A stretch of 64,000 nucleotides of DNA, from NCBI GenBank assembly GCA_028819255.1, contig JAPPMB010000167.1, positions 27,656 to 91,655 of the forward strand. The letters run 5' to 3'. The position numbers and the translations under genes are program-made. This DNA comes from Bryobacterales bacterium (GTDB lineage: Bacteria > Acidobacteriota > Terriglobia > Bryobacterales > UBA6623). Under the pieces are notes generated by a model. That model was not told the DNA's origin and did no database searches. It worked only from the letters and a program-made list of their open reading frames with translations. Below are positions 59,309 through 64,000 of this stretch, piece by piece; position 1 is the first letter of the stretch; the number at the start of each line of letters is the position of its first letter.

Positions 59309-61324
59309 TCAGCCCCCCCTTACGGCATCCAGATGCCGATTTGCCACCAATGATTCTAGCAGCGCAGCCAGAACAAGAATCCCCAGCAGCAGTCTCCAGA
59401 TCCGCCACGGTGCGGCCGGTGGCGGCGCAGCTCCCGCCACGGAGGCCTGCATCTGCTCCACGCCTCCCGTCGAGCGCCACAGATCGAGCGTGTCGTCCTC
59501 GATCTTCCGGAGGTTCGATTCCCTCGGATCCGGGTTCACGGCCAGCAGCTCTGCGCGGCTTCCGCCCCGGATCTCGTAGAAGCCGACCGAGTCAAGTGTG
59601 AGCGCCTCGCGGCTCACCGAGTCGGACAGGTTGAGGACCGGCCGCCCGGCGGGGTCGAAGACCTGCAGGCTCGCGCCCGACTCCCGTCGCGTTCCAAGCT
59701 CCAGCACATCGCCCAGAATGGCATCCCCGCCAGCGTATTCGGCCCCAGCGAGGCCCCGGGCCGCCTCGATCACGAACGGAACGAACACCGGGGTGAGGGG
59801 CAGGTTGTTCCACACGTTGTCCAGCGTCGATGCGAACACGAGCACTCGCCCTCCGCCGATCTCGCGCTCGATCAGCAGCGGGTCTCCGTTGCCCAGGCGG
59901 AGCGCAATGTTGTCGCCTTCCTCGGCCTGCACCTTCGCGTACAGGAAGAACTTCACGGGCCGCAGTCCCTCGGCGGCACTTGCCACCCAGTGCGAGCTGT
60001 CCGCCTCGCCCGCCACCTGGAAGGCGGCGGCACCCCGCTCCGCAGCCAGCGGCTGCACCAGCTCGTGGTCCGTCAAGGGAGAACGCCGGGCAAGGACGCT
60101 GTTGGGCCCAAGGGCGACGAAGGCCGCGCCGCCGGCCTCGACCCAATCCCGCAGGCGCGTCCCGAACGCGGAGCCGATGCGGGGCGCGTCGGAAAGGACA
60201 ACGAGGGCGTAGCGGCCTGGATCGAACCGCTCGGCCTCGGCGGGCGAGGCGCTTTCCAGCGTGTAGCGCCGCGAGGCGCTGGCCTCGAGCGCTTCGCGGT
60301 AGTACAGGAGGTCGCGCTTGCGCACGTCCTCCGAGATGAATAGGATCGGCTCGGGCTCGGTGTTGTCGAGCGCCACCCTGCGGACATCGTCGGCGGCCAG
60401 CTCATCGTCCGGCTCGAGCCGGAATTCCGCTCGGCTGAATCCGCGGGGCGGATCCGTGATTTCGAACGAGTAGATCGCCCTGCCGCCGGCCGGAACCTCC
60501 CGCCGCTCGCTGCCGACAATGCGTCCGTCGACGCCCAAGGAAACCGTCTTCGCAACGTCCGCGTCGGAGAAGCTGGCAACGGTCACCTCGAGCCGAGGTC
60601 GCTCCTCACCGTAGATGCGGGTCGAGCCTTTCACGCTGTCGATAGCCCAGTTCGTCGAATCTCCTCCGGAGACGTCGTGCAAGGTCAGGCGCGCCTGCCC
60701 GGGCAGGACCAGGTCTTGGAAGCGCGACGGCATGGCCGACCTCTGCAGGTCCGAGACGATGTGAACTTCGACCGGCCCGGGCTCGTCAGCGACAAGGGTG
60801 CGCGCGGCCTCGATGGCGTCCCCGTAGCTGTTGCGCGCGTCCGTGGGCGCGAGCTCCTCGAGAGCCCGGCGCAGTTCCGCCACATCGCCGGTGGCGGCGG
60901 TCAGCACGCGCACGGAGGGGCCGTTCGCCAGGATCTGGGCCCGGTCCGCGTCCCGCATGCCGTCCACGATTCCCTCCACTTCGTCCAGCGCCTCTTCCCA
61001 GCGGCCGCCGCGCTGCATGCTCAGCGAGGTGTCGACCGCGACGAGGTGGAGCGTCGGGGCCTCGCCCGCCACCGCCGCGGGAGGCCGCTCCCAGATCGGC
61101 TTGGCGAACGCAAGGGCGAGCAGCAGTATGAGGGCCAGCCGCAACGCCAGCAGCAGCAGGTACTGCAGGCGCTTCTCCCGGATCGTCGTCTCGGTCCGCT
61201 TGCGGAAGAACATCAGCGAGCTGAAGGCCAGCCGGACGGGGTTCCGCTGCCGCATCAGGTGCAGCCACAGCGGAAGGCCCACCGCCAGCCCGCCTGCGAG
61301 ATACCATGGCGACAGCAGATCCAA
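59309..61324 (-). CDS. BatA-N-domain / VWA-like double-anchored membrane protein
   Basis: MDLLSPWYLAGGLAVGLPLWLHLMRQRNP...LLLLALRLALILLLALAFAKP (BatA N-terminal signature), LVAVDTSLSM (MIDAS-like DxSxS) and a C-terminal TM segment, WRLLLGILVLAALLESL. Confidence 0.8.
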   Translation of the reverse strand: MDLLSPWYLAGGLAVGLPLWLHLMRQRNPVRLAFSSLMFFRKRTETTIREKRLQYLLLLALRLALILLLALAFAKPIWERPPAAVAGEAPTLHLVAVDTSLSMQRGGRWEEALDEVEGIVDGMRDADRAQILANGPSVRVLTAATGDVAELRRALEELAPTDARNSYGDAIEAARTLVADEPGPVEVHIVSDLQRSAMPSRFQDLVLPGQARLTLHDVSGGDSTNWAIDSVKGSTRIYGEERPRLEVTVASFSDADVAKTVSLGVDGRIVGSERREVPAGGRAIYSFEITDPPRGFSRAEFRLEPDDELAADDVRRVALDNTEPEPILFISEDVRKRDLLYYREALEASASRRYTLESASPAEAERFDPGRYALVVLSDAPRIGSAFGTRLRDWVEAGGAAFVALGPNSVLARRSPLTDHELVQPLAAERGAAAFQVAGEADSSHWVASAAEGLRPVKFFLYAKVQAEEGDNIALRLGNGDPLLIEREIGGGRVLVFASTLDNVWNNLPLTPVFVPFVIEAARGLAGAEYAGGDAILGDVLELGTRRESGASLQVFDPAGRPVLNLSDSVSREALTLDSVGFYEIRGGSRAELLAVNPDPRESNLRKIEDDTLDLWRSTGGVEQMQASVAGAAPPPAAPWRIWRLLLGILVLAALLESLVANRHLDAVRGG
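59353..59360 (-). promoter_or_regulatory. -10-like box GCTAGAAT (minus strand) inside the 3' end of the BatA-like gene, upstream of the 1219-aa gene
   Basis: The forward strand reads attctagc. On the minus strand GCTAGAAT lies 46 nt before the TTG start at 59307. Confidence 0.35.
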
Positions 61325-61328
61325 GAGC

Positions 61329-62219
61329 TCAGCGCCTCCTCTGCCGGAACAGCAGGTACTCGCGAAGCGCCAGGTCCAGCGGCTGCGACGTGTTCAGCAG
61401 CACGTAGTCGGCGCCCTCGCCGCTGACGCGCCTGCGCATCTCTTCGACATGGGCGTCGATGAGGCTCGGATACACGCTGCGGGAGTACTCGGACGAAACC
61501 TCCATCTCCTCCCCCGTTTCCATGTCCTCGACGAGAGCTGCGGTGGAGAGGTCGGGCTTGAGCTCCTTCGGATCGAGGACATGGAAGAACACCAGGTCCT
61601 GGCCCTGGTACGCGACCGCACGCATGGAGCTGACAATCTCGTCGGCGTCGACGAAGAAGTCCGAGATCATCGCCACGAGGCCTCGCCTGCGAAGCAGTCG
61701 CCCGAGCGCCTGCAGCGGGACGTGGAGGTTGGTGCCGGTAGACGCCTCGGCGCGCTCGAGCATGTGCAGCAGGCCCTGGAGGTGACGCGGACGGTACACC
61801 GCGGGCCGCACCTCGCGAATCTCCTCGTCGAAAAGGACCAGGCCCGTCGCATCGTGCTGCCTCGTCGACAGGTAGGCCAGCGCGGCTGCCAGATACCGCG
61901 CGTAATCGAGCTTCGTCAGGCCCGCGGACCCGTAGCCCATCGAGGCGCTGCAGTCCACCAGGATCATCAGGTGAGTGTTCGTCTCGCCAAGAAACCGCTT
62001 GATGTATACGCGGTCCGTCCGGGAGAGTACGTTCCAGTCGATGTAGCGCGGGTCGTCGCCCTCCGTATAGGCGCGGTATTCGGCGAACTCCTGACTGAAT
62101 CCGAAGAGGGGCGACCGGTGCGAACCGTGCAGAAAGCCGTCCACGACGGTCTTCGCGACCAGCTCGATGTTCGAGAGGCGCTGAAGGACCGCCGGATCGA
62201 GGAGTCGCGTGTCGGCCAT
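61329..62219 (-). CDS. DUF58 domain protein
   Basis: From ATG 62219: MADTRLLDPAVLQRLSNIELVAKTVVDGFLHGSHRSPLFGFSQEFAEYRAYTEGDDPRYIDWNV, the canonical DUF58 N-terminus. It follows MoxR. Confidence 0.85.
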   Translation of the reverse strand: MADTRLLDPAVLQRLSNIELVAKTVVDGFLHGSHRSPLFGFSQEFAEYRAYTEGDDPRYIDWNVLSRTDRVYIKRFLGETNTHLMILVDCSASMGYGSAGLTKLDYARYLAAALAYLSTRQHDATGLVLFDEEIREVRPAVYRPRHLQGLLHMLERAEASTGTNLHVPLQALGRLLRRRGLVAMISDFFVDADEIVSSMRAVAYQGQDLVFFHVLDPKELKPDLSTAALVEDMETGEEMEVSSEYSRSVYPSLIDAHVEEMRRRVSGEGADYVLLNTSQPLDLALREYLLFRQRRR

Positions 62220-62274
62220 TGGCTCACCCTCTCCGCTCGCCGGCGCCTGACGAAAGGGGGCCTCGCACGGCGAC

Positions 62275-63306
62275 CTATCCCTCGGCAGGCGGAGGTTTGG
62301 CCTCGAGCATCGCAAGGAGGACGTCGTCGACCGTCACCTTGTCGGACTCGGCGTAGAAGTTCGTCAGCACCCGGTGGCGCAGGATGGGGAGCGCCAGGGA
62401 CCTGAGGTCGCCGGACGTGACATGGTAGCGACCGTCCAGCAAGGCCTTGGCCTTGGAGGCCAACACAAGAAACTGCGTGGCTCGCACGCTCGCGCCGTAG
62501 TTGACGTACTTCTTGACGATGTCCGGCGCCTCCGAGTCGGTCGGCCGCGTGGACCGGATGAGGGATACGGCGTGGTGTGCGACCGGCTCGGACACGGGGA
62601 CCTGCCGGACCAGCCACTGGAACCGCAGGATGTCCTCCGCGTTGGTAACGGGAACGACGTCCGGCAGCGGCGTCCCAGCCGTGTTGCGGTCCACGACGTC
62701 CATCTCCTCTTCGACCGAGAGGTAGTCCAGCACGACGTTGAACAGGAACCTGTCGAGCTGGGCTTCCGGCAGCGGGTAGGTGCCCTCAAGTTCGATCGGG
62801 TTCTGCGTCGCCAGGACCAGAAAGGGAAGCGTCAGTTTGTAGCTGTTGCCGCGGACCGTGACCGAATGCTCCTGCATTGCCTCCAGCAGCGCCGCCTGCG
62901 TCTTCGGCGGCGTGCGGTTGACCTCGTCCGCAAGAAGCACATTGGTGAACAGGGGACCCTGCACAAAGGTCCAGCTGCGTCGGCCCGTGACCTGGTCGTC
63001 TTCCAGGATGTCCGTGCCGGTGATGTCCGTCGGCATCAGGTCGGGCGTGAACTGGATCCTCTTGAACTTGAGTCCCAGCGCCGCCGCCAGGGTGCTGACC
63101 AGCAGGGTCTTGGCGGTGCCGGGCATTCCGGTGATCAGGCAGTGGCCTCCCACCAGGAGCGTGACCAGCAGATTGTCGATGACCTCGTCCTGACCCACGA
63201 TGATGAGCCGGACCTGCTCCCGGATGCGGTCCATCGAGGCTGCGAACGAGGAGACCAGATCCTCGGTTGCAGCGGTGTCCTGTTCGGGGAGCAAGGTGGT
63301 TTCCAT
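62275..63306 (-). CDS. MoxR-family AAA+ ATPase
   Basis: IVGQDEVIDNLLVTLLVGGHCLITGMPGTAKTLL (Walker A), NVLLADEVNRTPPKTQAALLEAMQE (Walker B and sensor), and ATQNPIE. Confidence 0.9.
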   Translation of the reverse strand: METTLLPEQDTAATEDLVSSFAASMDRIREQVRLIIVGQDEVIDNLLVTLLVGGHCLITGMPGTAKTLLVSTLAAALGLKFKRIQFTPDLMPTDITGTDILEDDQVTGRRSWTFVQGPLFTNVLLADEVNRTPPKTQAALLEAMQEHSVTVRGNSYKLTLPFLVLATQNPIELEGTYPLPEAQLDRFLFNVVLDYLSVEEEMDVVDRNTAGTPLPDVVPVTNAEDILRFQWLVRQVPVSEPVAHHAVSLIRSTRPTDSEAPDIVKKYVNYGASVRATQFLVLASKAKALLDGRYHVTSGDLRSLALPILRHRVLTNFYAESDKVTVDDVLLAMLEAKPPPAEG

Positions 63307-63314
63307 TGGTGTGC

Positions 63315-64000
63315 CTATTGCTTGACCTGCAGGAGCAGCTGCAGGGCCGGACGGTAGGTGGGGGCGCGTTCCAGGGCCTGCAGCACGTGCAGGCGGGCCT
63401 TCGCAAGATCGCCTATCTTAACCCACGTCCGGGCAACGGCATACTCGGCCGCCGCGCGGTCCAGGGTGTCCAGCGCAAGCACAGCCTCAAACTCGCGCAG
63501 GGCCTCTTCCGCCCTGCCGGCCTCAAGATAGATCTCCCCGAGGCGTGCGTGGGTCTGCTCGTCCTTGGGCCAGTTGTACAGCAGGCCCTCGTAGGTGTAG
63601 GCCGCCTCGTCGTCTCGATCCGCCTCCTCAAGCCACCGAGCCAGCTTCATCAGCGTGTCGGGCCGGCGGCCGCCCCGCCGCTCGTACTCCTTCAGTTCCT
63701 CAATCGCCGCATTCCGGTCTCCGGACCTGTCGTGCGCGGTCGCGAGCAGCGCATAGGAACAGCCCGCGCCAACGTGCTGCGGATAGGCCTCCTTGGCATC
63801 GCTTGCGGGACTGAAGACGGCCTCCCAGTCCTCATCCCGCGCCGCCTCCAGGGCGCGCTTGAGATTCCGCCGCCAGCGGGGCAGGCCGTCCAGAGCCGGA
63901 CCCAGATCTTCCCGCAGGTACCTGTTGAAGCGCTCGTCGAACTCCTCGGGGTCGATGCCCAGCACAGCCCGGATGTTGGAGTCGGTGGGCTCGTCCTCCG
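63315..64000 (-). CDS. TPR-repeat protein, C-terminal part (5' end outside the window)
   Basis: The reading frame is open to the window edge. It contains TPR-like repeats (AAYTYEGLLYNWPKDEQTHARLGEIYLEAGRAEEALREFEAVL...). Its stop lies 8 nt before the MoxR start. Confidence 0.6.
   Translation of the reverse strand, partial: EDEPTDSNIRAVLGIDPEEFDERFNRYLREDLGPALDGLPRWRRNLKRALEAARDEDWEAVFSPASDAKEAYPQHVGAGCSYALLATAHDRSGDRNAAIEELKEYERRGGRRPDTLMKLARWLEEADRDDEAAYTYEGLLYNWPKDEQTHARLGEIYLEAGRAEEALREFEAVLALDTLDRAAAEYAVARTWVKIGDLAKARLHVLQALERAPTYRPALQLLLQVKQ

Overview
This is a high-G+C bacterial chromosomal window, roughly two-thirds G+C by eye. The gene content (a DUF1552/DUF1592 pair, three Cys-type sulfatases, many Tat/Sec-exported enzymes, a MoxR/Bat-like operon) suggests a Planctomycetota-, Verrucomicrobiota- or Acidobacteriota-like organism; that assignment is inference only. 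About 45 protein-coding genes are supported. I saw no rRNA, tRNA or CRISPR array.

- **Left third (1.6-16.2 kb):** looks accessory. It holds a frameshifted Uma2 endonuclease, an MBL-hydrolase pair, a DUF1330 gene, a secreted YHYH protein and a VapBC pair. It also holds a complete, translationally coupled MukBEF-like condensin plus Toprim-nuclease operon (mksF-E-B-G, a Wadjet-type anti-plasmid system) at 5341-12711 on the minus strand.
- **Middle:** sulfatases, an orphan CbiO-like ATPase, a CobN-like giant with a membrane anchor at each end, and miaB with a DUF151 nuclease. From 27 to 38.6 kb there is a cluster of exported enzymes: a Tat-signal AKR, DUF1552/DUF1592, a sulfatase, two Tat-signal enolase-superfamily enzymes flanking a gutted third copy, and an esterase. 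A 180-bp island of about 32% G+C with a possible IS1595 remnant lies at 38.8-39.5 kb. It is followed by lepB plus a decayed tandem copy, carAB and purH.
- **Right third:** a two-component system whose downstream Moco-oxidoreductase and DUF1501-like genes carry nonsense and frameshift lesions, an HDAC-family deacetylase, and a TPR-MoxR-DUF58-BatA/VWA-DUF4175-like operon.

Three signals cut across the window: at least seven disrupted genes, a recurrent GCTAGAAT -10-like motif just upstream of gene starts, and frequent ATGA/GTGA start-stop overlaps. The most system-like element is the MksBEFG/Wadjet operon, which belongs to an already described family. I did not find a clearly unprecedented multi-gene system.
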